Source: an uncultured cyanobacterium (GTDB lineage: Bacteria > Cyanobacteriota > Cyanobacteriia > Cyanobacteriales > Cyanobacteriaceae). From it: 64,000 nt of DNA. The stretch covers positions 1,312,001 to 1,376,000 of the forward strand of contig CAVQBA010000004.1 in NCBI GenBank assembly GCA_963710605.1, written 5' to 3'. The position numbers and the translations under genes were made by a program. Positions 29,741-40,315 of this stretch are shown here, piece by piece. The notes beneath the pieces were generated by a model. It searched no databases. It was not told the origin of the DNA and saw only the letters and a list, made by a program, of their open reading frames with translations. The number at the start of each line of letters is the position of its first letter. Within the stretch, counting starts at the first letter, position 1.

Positions 29741-30481
29741 ATGAGATTAGTATCGCAGTCTGTAGAGCTACAAAATGCTTTTAAAGCAAAAGTGAAGCAA
29801 AAAGTATCAAGACAACAAGAAAAAATAAAAGACAAATTTAATAATGATTATTTTGCAAGTTTTGTTAGTTTTGGTACTTCATTACAACAAAGCAGAAATA
29901 ATTTTATTGGTAATCTAGGAGAATTATCGGTTTCAGTATTGTTAAATTTATTACCTCATGATTGGGTAATGTTTAAAAATGCTTTAATTCCAACAACTAA
30001 TGGTAATTTGACAGAAATAGATTTATTAATAGTTGGCAGTAAAGGTATTTTTTTGATAGAAGTAAAAACTTGGAGAGGTGCTTTTTGTGCTTATCAAGAT
30101 CGATGGAAAATGAAACAAAATAATCAATGGATACCTTTACAAAATAGTCCGTCTCGTCAAAGTTTATATCACTTAGATATTTTTTCTAGTTGGTTAAAGA
30201 AAAACGAAATTACGATCGCAGATTGTAAAATGTATGCTCCTGTGGTATTCAATCTTGTCAAATGGTTAGGAATAACAGACTGTTGTGTACCTATATTCAA
30301 AAATCAAATAGAATTATTAAAATACATCAAAGAGTGTCCTGATTGTTTGAGTAAATCTGAAATTGAAATTGTTAGTAGTGCGATCGAAAATTGTAAATTA
30401 AAACTAACTAATAACATTTCAAAAAATAGCACATCTAGACCAAAACAAAAACCAATCTTACGAAAAAAATCTCAGTTTTGA
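29741..30481 (+). CDS. NERD (nuclease-related) domain protein
   Basis: GNLGE...EIDLLIVGSKGIFLIEVK...SPSRQ. Confidence 0.85.
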   Translation: MRLVSQSVELQNAFKAKVKQKVSRQQEKIKDKFNNDYFASFVSFGTSLQQSRNNFIGNLGELSVSVLLNLLPHDWVMFKNALIPTTNGNLTEIDLLIVGSKGIFLIEVKTWRGAFCAYQDRWKMKQNNQWIPLQNSPSRQSLYHLDIFSSWLKKNEITIADCKMYAPVVFNLVKWLGITDCCVPIFKNQIELLKYIKECPDCLSKSEIEIVSSAIENCKLKLTNNISKNSTSRPKQKPILRKKSQF

Positions 30482-30631
30482 TTAATCTGACTTAGTATCA
30501 TACGTAATTTACAACTAACAACAAAGAATATTAAATAATTTTTTTAATTGTTTGTAGATTGGCTTCGATTAATTATAGAGATTTTACTTAGTCATTCGAT
30601 CGATCGTTCATTATTATCTGTTATCTGGTTT

Positions 30632-31777
30632 ATGGTTAAAAATTATTCTTCTAAATCGCAACAACAAAGAGCATGGATTAATATTAATCATCAAGCATTT
30701 ATTCACAATGTCAAAACGATTAAAAATTTTCTCTCACCTGATACTCTTTTTATGGCGGTGATTAAAGCCGATGCTTATGGGCATGGAGTAGTAAAAGTTG
30801 CTAGAACTATTTTGGATGCAGGAGTTGATGAAATTGCGATCGCTACTTTATCTGAAGGGATAGAATTAAGAGAAGCTGGTATCACTGCACCGATTATGAT
30901 TTTAGGGGCAATTAATACCGCTGAGGAAGTTAAACAAATAATTGAATATAAACTTGAGCCAACTTTATGCACTCCCCAACAAGCTCTAGTTTTTGCCGAT
31001 ACAGTCGCTAGTTTAAATACTAATTTATCAGTACATTTAAAGTTAGATACAGGAATGTCAAGACTTGGTACAAATTGGCAAAATGCAGTTGATTATGTCG
31101 AGTATATTCAGCAGTTTAACCATTTACAAATAAAAAGTATTTATTCCCATTTAGCTACCGCCGATGATGAGGATAAAACTTTTATGTACACACAACACGA
31201 TCGTTTTAAGCAAGTAATTGAGGCGTTAAAATCAGCAAATATTGATCTTCCTCGTTTACATTTAGCTAACTCCGCAGGTACTCTTAACGATCGATCTTTA
31301 CATTATGATATGGTAAGAATTGGACTAGCTTTATACGGTTTATATCCTTCACCTCATCTTCAACACAAACCAAAATTACAACCACCTTTAGAAGTTAAAG
31401 CTCGGATTACGCAAATAAAAACTTTACCAGCAAACACAGGAGTAAGTTATAGTCATACTTTTGTGACGAAAAAAAAGACTAAAATAGCGATCGTGGGTAT
31501 TGGTTATGCTGATGGTATTCCTCGTCTTTTATCTAATAAAATGCAAGTAATTATTAACGGTAAATTAGCGAATCAAATTGGTAATATTACAATGGATCAA
31601 TTAATGTTAGATGTAAGTGATTTTCCTGAAATAAAAGTAGGTCAAATCGTTACTTTATTAGGAAAAGAAAAAGACATAGTAATTACAGCAGATGACTGGG
31701 CAAATACGATCGGGACTATTTCTTGGGAAATTTTATGTGGTTTTAAAAATCGTTTACCCAGAATTAATTTAGCTTAA
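30632..31777 (+). CDS. alr: alanine racemase
   Basis: AVIKADAYGHG, LKLDTGMSRLG, IGYADG, TMDQ; start taken at MVKNYS. Confidence 0.97.
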   Translation: MVKNYSSKSQQQRAWININHQAFIHNVKTIKNFLSPDTLFMAVIKADAYGHGVVKVARTILDAGVDEIAIATLSEGIELREAGITAPIMILGAINTAEEVKQIIEYKLEPTLCTPQQALVFADTVASLNTNLSVHLKLDTGMSRLGTNWQNAVDYVEYIQQFNHLQIKSIYSHLATADDEDKTFMYTQHDRFKQVIEALKSANIDLPRLHLANSAGTLNDRSLHYDMVRIGLALYGLYPSPHLQHKPKLQPPLEVKARITQIKTLPANTGVSYSHTFVTKKKTKIAIVGIGYADGIPRLLSNKMQVIINGKLANQIGNITMDQLMLDVSDFPEIKVGQIVTLLGKEKDIVITADDWANTIGTISWEILCGFKNRLPRINLA

Positions 31778-32057
31778 CTATAGCAAGAAACCAGTTACTT
31801 AGGACATTATATTTAAGATATTTTCCCTTTGAGCAAGACAGGACTGTCTCAAAGTTGCTCATAAATTAGAGCTGTAACTGTTATGGGATAAAGTAAAAAT
31901 AGATTTTAAATTATGAGTTTTTTAAAAGTAGATGAAAAAGGCGAGATTCATCATTTTTCGTGAAAAACATTTCATTACTCATTACTTCTTACTCATTACT
32001 TCTTACTCATTACTATGCAACTAATATTTGAAGAGATAATAATAGATTAATTAACAT

Positions 32058-32088
32058 AAAAAAAGAAGGTAACTATGGCTTACCTTCT
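32058..32088 (-). terminator. intrinsic terminator of the small minus-strand gene
   Basis: minus strand AGAAGGTAA-N7-TTACCTTCT followed by a T-run. Confidence 0.75.
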
Positions 32089-32138
32089 AACTATTGTGTA
32101 ATGTTGTAGTATTTATTGTTTAAGTAAAATTTGTCTAA

Positions 32139-32363
32139 TTAATTATTCCTCGCTGTATCCTGAGGGTCAAAATAGTACGCAGGCACTCTTACTAAGTAAT
32201 TAGTCTTATTACCTGTAAAAGTTCTTGCTAATAGATCAAAAGCACTAGAATTCCAATTACGTTCGTGAATTGTCTTCGTTTGCTCTCCTCTAAAGTATGC
32301 TTGTGTACCGATTGCAGAAACTGCTAACCAGCCAATTATGAATAAAGAAATTAATAATAGCAT
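32139..32363 (-). CDS. small single-TM protein, Psb35-related family
   Basis: TM helix followed by IGTQAYFRGEQ.K.IHERNW; family call from recall. Confidence 0.6.
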   Translation of the reverse strand: MLLLISLFIIGWLAVSAIGTQAYFRGEQTKTIHERNWNSSAFDLLARTFTGNKTNYLVRVPAYYFDPQDTARNN

Positions 32364-32596
32364 TAAGTTCAAACTCCTTGTTTTGTTTGACTACTACTTA
32401 AGATTAACAGTTGTAAACTTTTGTTACAAGTACTTGACACGCCTAAAATAGATGGTTAATACCACTTGACTAAAATGCAAATATATGATGGAGTAATTCT
32501 CAGACTAATAATTAACGATCGATTATTTTTGCTTATTACTTAAGTCCGAAGGGCTTTGGTAAGGTATATTAAAAAAGTTATCTCAACCATATAACT

Positions 32597-33364
32597 ATGA
32601 AATTAATCCAACTAGTTTCTTTATCATCACTATTTTGTCTTAGTGCAAGTATAATTTCACCAATTTATGCTCAGACAAGTACAACCGAAACTAATATTAG
32701 TCAACAACAATTAGATCCCGAAGATAGATCTAAACAAAGTAAAAATTTATTAGTAGAAAGAAAAGCCATTCAGGCTTCTGAACTATTCTTTAATCAGAAT
32801 TTTTTCAGATTCAAGCAAATGATTCATCCTGATATTCGTAATGAAGTTACGATCGAATTATTAAAACAAGAATATTCAGAAATAGTTTCAACTACTGGTG
32901 CTTTTAAAAGAATTAAAGGGATTCAAGTTATTGATTCATTAGATACTGATATTGCAATTATAACGATACAGTTTGCTAATTTAACCGAAGATTGGACAAT
33001 TATTTTTGATGAGAAACAACAGATGTTAGGAACGGATTTTCTTGTTTCTCGTGGTATTAACGAGATTGCCCTAGAATTTATCGAGTCTTTGTCTGAAGGT
33101 AAATACGATTATGCTAGATCTTATTTACATCCTTTTTTGAAAGAACAAGTTTTTCCTCAAGATGTAAAATCAACATGGCAAAAAATGGAACAACAATACG
33201 GCAAATATCAAAAAATCGTTGATAGTAATATTCGAGTTGGTTCGTCTTTAGAAAAAGTTGATTTAGTTTTTGTCGATGTCGAATTTGGTAATGAAATTCA
33301 CAATATCTTATTTTCTTTCGATTGTAATAAAAAAATTACTAATGTAGATATATTTCAAAATTAA
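32597..33364 (+). CDS. secreted DUF3887-like tandem-domain protein
   Basis: signal peptide; two similar halves (..HP.....V....LK..W/Y......G.F/Y...FD.....). Confidence 0.7.
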   Translation: MKLIQLVSLSSLFCLSASIISPIYAQTSTTETNISQQQLDPEDRSKQSKNLLVERKAIQASELFFNQNFFRFKQMIHPDIRNEVTIELLKQEYSEIVSTTGAFKRIKGIQVIDSLDTDIAIITIQFANLTEDWTIIFDEKQQMLGTDFLVSRGINEIALEFIESLSEGKYDYARSYLHPFLKEQVFPQDVKSTWQKMEQQYGKYQKIVDSNIRVGSSLEKVDLVFVDVEFGNEIHNILFSFDCNKKITNVDIFQN

Positions 33365-33555
33365 AGCTAATTACTAAAAGTAAGTAAAACCCCGTTAGTT
33401 GATTATTAATCTAATTACGGGAAGTTAATCTAAATGAGTAATTGTGTAGTGTAGATATTATTTATCAACAAAAAAAACAAAGACTTGTTTTCCTTAATTA
33501 ACGGAAAAAAGCAACTCTCAATTCTCTTACTGAACAACTCTCAATTCTTTATTCT

Positions 33556-34893
33556 ATGTCTTACGATTGGCTTGGATTATTAATGTTTGTCGGTGCATTA
33601 ATATTTTTATCGATTGGCTATCCTGTTGCTTTTTCTTTAGGAGGTGTTGCCCTAATTTTTGCCATTATCGGTAATATTTTGGGTATTTTTGAGCCAATTT
33701 TTTTTATGGCAATGCCTTCACGTATTTTTGGCATCATGTCTAACTATACCTTGCTAGCAATTCCTTATTTTATTTTTCTCGGCTCGATGTTAGAAACCAC
33801 AGGGATAGCCGAAAAACTTCTAGAAACAATGGGAATCCTTTTTGGTAGAGTTAGAGGTGGTTTGGCTTTAGCCGTTGTCATCGTTGGTGGATTACTCGCC
33901 GCTACCACAGGGGTTGTCGCCGCAACTGTCGTCGCAATGGGTATGATTTCTTTACCTATTATGCTTCGGTATGGTTATAACAAACAGTTAGCTACAGGTG
34001 TCATCGCCGCTAGTGGTACTTTGGGGCAAATCATACCTCCTAGTGTCGTGTTAGTTGTTTTAGCTGACCAATTAGGTATTCCTGTTGGAGACTTGTTTAT
34101 TGGCTCATTAATACCGGGATTGATGATGGCGGGTATTTTTTGTCTTCATGTTTTAATTGTGGCATGGCTAAAACCAGATGTTGCTCCTGCTTTACCTTTA
34201 GAAGTGAGAAATATCAAAGGTAAACAATTATGGGTTAGAGTCGCTAAAGCGATGATTCCTCCTTTATTATTGATTATGTTAGTTTTAGGGAGTATTTTCT
34301 TCGGTATTGCAACCCCTACAGAAGCAGGTGCGATTGGTTCTCTTGGTACAATTATATTGGCTGGTTTTAATGGTAATTTATCATGGCAAACATTACGTAA
34401 GGCTTGTTTAGCTACCATGACGATTACGACGATGGTAATCTTTATTTTATTAGGTTCGACGGCTTTTAGTTTAGTTTTTAAAGGTATTGGAGGCGATTGA
34501 TTTATTGCCGATATCTTAATTAATCTACCCGGTGGTCAATGGGGTTTTTTATTAGTTAATATGGTTTTAATTTTCTTTTTAGGCTTCTTTATTGACTTTT
34601 TTGAAATTGCTTTTATCGTCATTCCTGTTTTTGCTCCTGTAGCGGAAACTTTAGGTATCGATTTATTATGGTATGGAGTGATATTAGGTGCTAATTTGCA
34701 AACTTCTTTCCTTACTCCTCCTTTTGGTTTTGCATTATTTTATTTACGAGGTGTTGCACCAAAAGAAGTTAAAACTGAAGATATTTATAAAGGGGTAATA
34801 CCTTTTATTTTACTTCAATTGTTTGTTTTGCTTCTCATCATCGTTTTTCCCGCTTTAGTCAATTTTCTTCCTTCGTTATCGAGTAATTTTTAA
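33556..34893 (+). CDS. TRAP transporter large permease (DctM-like), interrupted by an in-frame TGA at 34498..34500
   Basis: LLAIPYF, AASGTLGQIIPPS, ATPTEA, QTSFLTPPFGFALFYL; ORFs 33556..34500 and 34561..34893 share a frame and the intervening 20 codons are open. Confidence 0.88.
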
Positions 34894-34925
34894 TTAATTT
34901 ACCCTTTATCTTTCGTTATTAATTG

Positions 34926-35123
34926 TTAATTATTATTTGATTTAGGAAGATAGTTTTTGATTGAAGGCAAAAAATCATTAAGATTATTTTCGTAATTAGA
35001 AGCTAAAGCTAAACTTGCACCACCTAAAATATAAAAAGGAAGAGGGATAAAAAAGCTTTTTAACCAAATAATAAATTGTACTGAGACGAATAAAATAGCA
35101 ATACTCACTAGTAATACTCTCAT
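34926..35123 (-). CDS. small hypothetical membrane protein
   Basis: two hydrophobic segments, PLPFYILGGA.LALASN. Confidence 0.65.
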   Translation of the reverse strand: MRVLLVSIAILFVSVQFIIWLKSFFIPLPFYILGGASLALASNYENNLNDFLPSIKNYLPKSNNN

Positions 35124-35655
35124 TTGAATAACTCCATTAACATTAGCAAATAATAATCAAGATTGAAAAAAATTTAATTAATTAATACTATCATAGGCTA
35201 AACAATTAACAAGGATGATTAAGAAGAGGCTTTTGTCCTTTACTTTTTTAGTCGATGTAAATAATATTTTATCGATCGTATCCGTATTAAAATCAATCTA
35301 ACTTTTTACATTGAAAAAAATCTATTTCGTAATTGGTGACATTATCTATTGATTTGAAAACAAAGATTTGAAAACTCTTTTCGTGTAGTTAAACCGAGTT
35401 AAATCATCTTCACTTTTCAAACCATTATCTTTAATACAATTATTATTCATTGCATCATTAGCAACATTTTGTTGCCGAAGAAAAAATTTGATTCCTTCAG
35501 CCTAAAGTTATTATTGTTAAAAACAAACTCGCTGAGGATAGGTAAATTTATTACTCCTTAAACGTAATTACTCTAAGCAAAATAATTCGCTCAAAAATTT
35601 GAGTATCTATTTATATGTAGATACGATCGATTATTCTTGTCGTAGCTACCTAATT

Positions 35656-36270
35656 TTACTTATTTAAACGACAAACACCGAGCAAAATACCTTGTACTTC
35701 TACATGCTCAGGAGCGGCTGTAATCGGTTCATATTTAGCATTAGAAGGTTTTAGAGTAACTTGCTCTGGGCTAAAATAAATTCTTTTTAAAGTAGTGCCA
35801 CTACCTTCTACTCTAGCGGCTACAATATCTCCATCTTTTGTTTGTTGGATAGAAGTAATTTGTTGCATGACTACATAATCACCCTCGGTGATATGATCTT
35901 CAATCATACTATCTCCAATTACTTGTAAAGTATAACAATCGGGAAGATTGAAAAAAGTCCCAAAATCAATTTTTTCTTGCTCATCACGAAAAGGTTCAAC
36001 TAAACCACCTGCGGTTATTTTACCTAATAAAGGTATTCCTTCACCATGAGGCTTTAAAATTTTAAGAGTACGTGCTTGTCCTTCTGTCCAATCAATATAC
36101 CCCTTATTACGCATTTTTTCCAAACGACTTTGAATTGGTGCAGGAGAGCGTAGTTTCATCGCTTTCATCATCTCTCGAATTGAGGGTGAATGCCTATTTG
36201 TATTAATATACTGTATCAGCCAGTCATACAATTCTTTTTGGACGGGTGTTAAACTTTCCATAATTTTCAT
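35656..36270 (-). CDS. lexA: LexA repressor
   Basis: wHTH (SPSIREM, SPAPIQSRL), Ala-Gly site (ITAGG), GDSM serine, TLKR lysine. Confidence 0.95.
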   Translation of the reverse strand: MKIMESLTPVQKELYDWLIQYINTNRHSPSIREMMKAMKLRSPAPIQSRLEKMRNKGYIDWTEGQARTLKILKPHGEGIPLLGKITAGGLVEPFRDEQEKIDFGTFFNLPDCYTLQVIGDSMIEDHITEGDYVVMQQITSIQQTKDGDIVAARVEGSGTTLKRIYFSPEQVTLKPSNAKYEPITAAPEHVEVQGILLGVCRLNK

Positions 36271-36313
36271 TTTCTTTCCTTTAATTCTTGGTTTTATTTA
36301 TTCTAACTTATTT

Positions 36314-36329
36314 TAGTACAAACGTCCTA
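36314..36329. promoter_or_regulatory. cyanobacterial-type LexA box upstream of lexA
   Basis: TAGTACAAACGTCCTA, an imperfect palindrome resembling RGTAC-N4-GTWCB, ~45 nt upstream of the start. Confidence 0.7.
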
Positions 36330-36594
36330 AATAAATTAAGATATTTGTAGTTTTTATTAACAAATGATAATAACAATGTCTTAATTACATGATGGTATAA
36401 GACTCTGACAAAATTGATGATTATACTTAAAGTTACTGATTAAAAATAAGTATTTGTTAAAAAACTTTTACTTTTTTTAGTTTAAGTTAATAAAGTTTCT
36501 CAAATCAGAAAAATTATTACATAATACTTTTTTTCTCACCTCTTTATAATCATTTGTAACTACTTTACTAATATAAAGATACTTTATTTTACAG

Positions 36595-37920
36595 CTAATA
36601 ATTACTTTTTAGGATAATTTTTCCCTGTTTATTACGAGGTATCTTCTTAATTGGATACCATTTTTTAGGTATTTTATGTTTACTAATAGTTTCATTTAAT
36701 TTACTTTTTATTTGTTCGATCGTAATTAAGTCGTTTTTCGGTGTATAAAAAGCGATAATAATTTGTCCCCAATAACGATCGTTTTCGCCCGTCACATAAA
36801 CATCCTCAACCAATTGAGTTTGAAAAATTGCTTTTTCTACTTCTAAAGGATAAACATTCTCGCCACCTGTAATAATGACATGACTCTTTCTACCTAAAAC
36901 GTGTAAATTTTGTTGCTTGTCAAAATAGCCAATGTCATCAGTAATAAATATTTGGTTAATTTGTCTTTGAGGATAATAACCTTGGAATAAGGACTTAGAT
37001 TTAATTTTGATTATACCTTCACCTTCACATTCTGAAGTAATTAATACTTGAGCATGAGGCAGAATTTCACCACTACTATAATTATTAGTAGATAGTTTTT
37101 CAGATTTGAGTAAACTAATCCCCGAAGCGGTTTCTGTCATTCCGTAAGTTAAGGCAATAGGTATCTTGTATTTTTGAGCTAAAATTATTTGTTGAAGATG
37201 AATAGCCGCACCACCGACCAAAATTGTTTTAAATTTAGTTAGTAATAAAGGATTTTTGTCTAAAAAAAATTGTAGTTGAGTTGGCACAAAAGAAATAAAA
37301 TAGTCTTGATAATTATCATTGATTAATAGATTATTTTTCAACTCCTGAAACGAAGTAACGATTAGTTTTCCTTGACTAAGTAAACTACGAATAATCGGCA
37401 GTAAACCACTAACATGATACAAAGGCAAGCATGAATAAAAATTCAGAGGTATTTGACCAAAAAAGTGGTAAAAACCTTGAGCTGAAGCGGTTAAAGTTTG
37501 CCATGTATGAATTGCAAATTTAATTTTACCTGATGTGCCTCCTGTGGGTATCATAATTCCTGTAAAGCTAGGAGAATTATTTTTATCTTCATTCAAGCTA
37601 AATTGATACTCTAGTTTACCAAAGATAAGATCGGCAATCACTATTTGCTCTATTTGTTGCCATTCGTATTTTTTCCAATCAGGATTAATTAAAAATAAAC
37701 AAGCTTGATTGATTACACTTGCAAAAAAAGCAGGTAAAAATCGATCGATTTCTTTCTCAATTAAAAAAACGATCGGTATTCGATTATGTTTTTGTTTGTA
37801 TTGATTAATTTGTGTTTGATAATTATTAAATAATTGCCAAAAACTATTCTCACTAACATTAGCTAAATTACCTGAATTTATACTAAATTCTAATAAAGAT
37901 AAAATATTCTCTATCATCAA
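36595..37920 (-). CDS. menE: o-succinylbenzoate-CoA ligase
   Basis: PTGGTSGKIK, LPLYHVSG, TYGMTET, TDDIG, TGGENVYP.EVE. Confidence 0.85.
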   Translation of the reverse strand: MMIENILSLLEFSINSGNLANVSENSFWQLFNNYQTQINQYKQKHNRIPIVFLIEKEIDRFLPAFFASVINQACLFLINPDWKKYEWQQIEQIVIADLIFGKLEYQFSLNEDKNNSPSFTGIMIPTGGTSGKIKFAIHTWQTLTASAQGFYHFFGQIPLNFYSCLPLYHVSGLLPIIRSLLSQGKLIVTSFQELKNNLLINDNYQDYFISFVPTQLQFFLDKNPLLLTKFKTILVGGAAIHLQQIILAQKYKIPIALTYGMTETASGISLLKSEKLSTNNYSSGEILPHAQVLITSECEGEGIIKIKSKSLFQGYYPQRQINQIFITDDIGYFDKQQNLHVLGRKSHVIITGGENVYPLEVEKAIFQTQLVEDVYVTGENDRYWGQIIIAFYTPKNDLITIEQIKSKLNETISKHKIPKKWYPIKKIPRNKQGKIILKSNY

Positions 37921-38004
37921 ATATACCTATCTAATAATCACAATTCTCGTAGTCTTAACTTTGTTCATAGAATATAACAATTATTAATTATTAATTATTA
38001 ATTA

Positions 38005-38886
38005 TTAATTAGTATCTAATGCTTTAACATAATCGATCGCCGCTTCTAATTTAGAAGGATAAGACAAAGCAAATTCTTCAAACCAAAAACCCTCGTCCGA
38101 TAAGGGGTCTAAGGTTTTCAACCAAGTTTGAGCTTTGGAAGTTAGTTGTTTTATTTGTCTTTGTTTATTTAATTCTTCTTGTCGAATATCATCTAAATTG
38201 TGATTAGTTTTTTGAGCTTGAACAGTTTTAGTTTTACGTTCAGTATGTTTGAGTATCTGTTTAATAGAATTATCAACGATCGAGGGGACTTGTGAATCTG
38301 ATTTTAAAGATTTTTTTTGCTGTTTAAATTTATTTTCAATTTCAGATAACGATGAAGATGATGCGACATTCCCTAAATTAGAAGCAGTTTGTTTTTGTTT
38401 ATTTTGTTTAAATTTATTTTCGATTTCAGATAACGATGAAGATGATGCGATATTCTCTGAATTAGAAGTAGTTTGTTTTTGTTTATTTTGTTTAAACTTA
38501 TTTTCGATTTCAGATAACGATGAAGATGATGCGATATTTCCTGAATTAGAAGTAGTTTCTTTTTGTTTATTTTGTTTAAATTTATTTTCAATTTCAGATA
38601 ACGATGAAGATGGTGTTACATTCTCTGAATTAGAAGTAGTTTGATTTGATTGATAGTTATTAGTTAATTCGCTAAATAAATCATCAGTTTGTACAGGTTT
38701 AGTTGGCTTTTTTTTCTCTGTTTCTAATCGGGAAAAATAAGCATCGATATTATTTTTATTAGAATTCATCACAGAAGAATTATTTATTGAGTTAGAATTA
38801 GAAGTAGGTTGTTGATTATTTAATTTTTTTTGTTTTTCCTGATGTTCATTAACTACTTGTTCAAGAAAATCATCAATATTACCCAT
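38005..38886 (-). CDS. Slr1339-like (salt-stress family) protein with internal 28-aa repeats
   Basis: C-terminal AQTWLKTLDPLSDEGFWFEEFA.SYPSKLEAAIDY; start taken at MGNIDD. Confidence 0.65.
   Translation of the reverse strand: MGNIDDFLEQVVNEHQEKQKKLNNQQPTSNSNSINNSSVMNSNKNNIDAYFSRLETEKKKPTKPVQTDDLFSELTNNYQSNQTTSNSENVTPSSSLSEIENKFKQNKQKETTSNSGNIASSSSLSEIENKFKQNKQKQTTSNSENIASSSSLSEIENKFKQNKQKQTASNLGNVASSSSLSEIENKFKQQKKSLKSDSQVPSIVDNSIKQILKHTERKTKTVQAQKTNHNLDDIRQEELNKQRQIKQLTSKAQTWLKTLDPLSDEGFWFEEFALSYPSKLEAAIDYVKALDTN
38320..38643. repeat. 84-bp intragenic tandem repeat, ~4 copies
   Basis: TTCAGATAACGATGAAGATG starts at 38341, 38425, 38509 and 38593. Confidence 0.95.
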
Positions 38887-38971
38887 GACAATAATAGTAA
38901 TAGTATCTAGCGTGAACGATCGAACAGTGAACAGATTAAGAGTCAAAAATTAATCTTCTGACAATCCTGTC

Positions 38972-40315
38972 GTGAACTACCCCACCCTATAGAGGGATGG
39001 GGCTTCTAACTTCATTGGGGATTGCGTCTGACAAAACCGAAATTTTACCAGTCCGTCTTACATCCTCTCCATTAGCAGTATCGCTGGTTCCCAACGATAA
39101 TATCCGTAAGGCTTCATTTCTGATGTTTATTGATGCGTTTATGTCACGATCATGGTTAGTTTGACAATGTTCACAAGTCCAACTTCTAATATCAAGTGGT
39201 AAACTTCCCACTTGGTTTAGACAGACATTACAAGTCTTCGAACTTGGGAAAAATCTACCAACTTCGATGTAAGTTTTTCCGTCATTTTCCGACTTGTATT
39301 TAAGCATTGTACAGAACATTCCCCACCCACAATCACTAATAGCTTTAGCTAAATTGTGGTTTCTCACCATGCCTTTGACATTAAGATTTTCTACAGCAAT
39401 AACTTGGTTTTCGTTGACTATCTTACGGGATAGTTTGTGCAAAAAATCCTCACGACAGCGAGAGATTCTCGAGTGGACTTTGGCTACTTTATTTTTCGCT
39501 TTTTGTCTGGTTTTACTCCCTTTTTGTTGACGAGAAAGCTTTTGTTGTTTACGCTTCAAGTTTCGTCTGTGCTTAGCAAAATGCCTAGGATTATCATATT
39601 TTGAATTGTTAGACGTTACACAAAAATGAGTTAACCCTAAATCAATTCCTATTGCCTTACCATCAGTTGATGATTTTCTACCTTCAAAACCATCGTCAAC
39701 TAAGACACAAGCGTAATACTTACCATCGGGATTTTTTGAAATGGTAACTGTCTTAATAGTCCCTTCAAAATCTCGATGACGAACACAATAAACTAAACCA
39801 ACTTTTCCAGGTAATTTGAGATAATCAACTTCAAATTTGACATTAGCAGGATAACTAATTGATTGCCTACCATGTTTTGATTTGAACCTGGGAAATCTAG
39901 CTCGTTTATCAAAGAAGTTTTTGTAAGCAGTTGATAGGTTTAAGGCAACAACCTGTAAGCACTGGGAATAAGCGTCAGTCAACCAAGGATATTCTTTTTT
40001 AAGTCTTGGTAGTAATCCTTGGATTACTTTTCTACTTAGTCCTTTTCCTGTTGCTTTATAAGTTTCTTGGCACAAATTCAGGCTATAATTCCAATACCAT
40101 CTACAACATCCGAAGCTTTTGGCTAGGGCTATTTCTTGCTCGGTATTTGGATAGATTCTGTATTTGTACGCTTTATACATTATCGGGATTAGATAACGAT
40201 CGATAAAAGTATAGCACAACATTCTAGAATGTTGAGGCTTCGCCGCTTTTTTGTTAGTCGGGCATTCATCCCTAACCTGTAGAGGATAAGGGAATTGTGC
40301 CCGACATTTCGTTAA
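38972..40315 (-). mobile_element. IS200/IS605-family solo-tnpB element (IS1341-like, no tnpA)
   Basis: left-end hairpin TCGGGCA...TGCCCGA (~40258..40304); right-end hairpin CCCCATCC...GGGTGGGG then TAGTTCAC; no terminal inverted repeats. Confidence 0.85.
38987..40180 (-). CDS. tnpB: RNA-guided endonuclease TnpB
   Basis: KAYKYRIYP, RuvC I GIDLG, RuvC II AVENL, Zn ribbon CNVC/CEHC, RuvC III DRDINA. Confidence 0.95.
   Translation of the reverse strand: MYKAYKYRIYPNTEQEIALAKSFGCCRWYWNYSLNLCQETYKATGKGLSRKVIQGLLPRLKKEYPWLTDAYSQCLQVVALNLSTAYKNFFDKRARFPRFKSKHGRQSISYPANVKFEVDYLKLPGKVGLVYCVRHRDFEGTIKTVTISKNPDGKYYACVLVDDGFEGRKSSTDGKAIGIDLGLTHFCVTSNNSKYDNPRHFAKHRRNLKRKQQKLSRQQKGSKTRQKAKNKVAKVHSRISRCREDFLHKLSRKIVNENQVIAVENLNVKGMVRNHNLAKAISDCGWGMFCTMLKYKSENDGKTYIEVGRFFPSSKTCNVCLNQVGSLPLDIRSWTCEHCQTNHDRDINASINIRNEALRILSLGTSDTANGEDVRRTGKISVLSDAIPNEVRSPIPL

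Noticed and set aside
32411-32429. TTGTAA-N7-TTACAA palindrome upstream of the Psb35-related gene as an NtcA site
   Set aside because: GTA..TAC spacing is 9, not 8; it cannot be assigned to a regulator
34498-34500. In-frame TGA as selenocysteine or programmed readthrough
   Set aside because: Loop of a membrane permease, not a redox site; most simply a CGA-to-TGA change or miscall at a CGATCG site
35346-35502. Open minus-strand stretch (AEGIKFFLRQQN...) downstream of lexA
   Set aside because: Short, no convincing start and no recognisable family
38249-38644. 84-bp repeat as CRISPR array; overlapping 131-aa and 72-aa ORFs
   Set aside because: Units are contiguous with no unique spacers; the ORFs are shadows of the real gene
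38987-40222. TnpB as a Cas12-like CRISPR effector
   Set aside because: No array or cas genes; flanked by IS200/IS605-type hairpin ends
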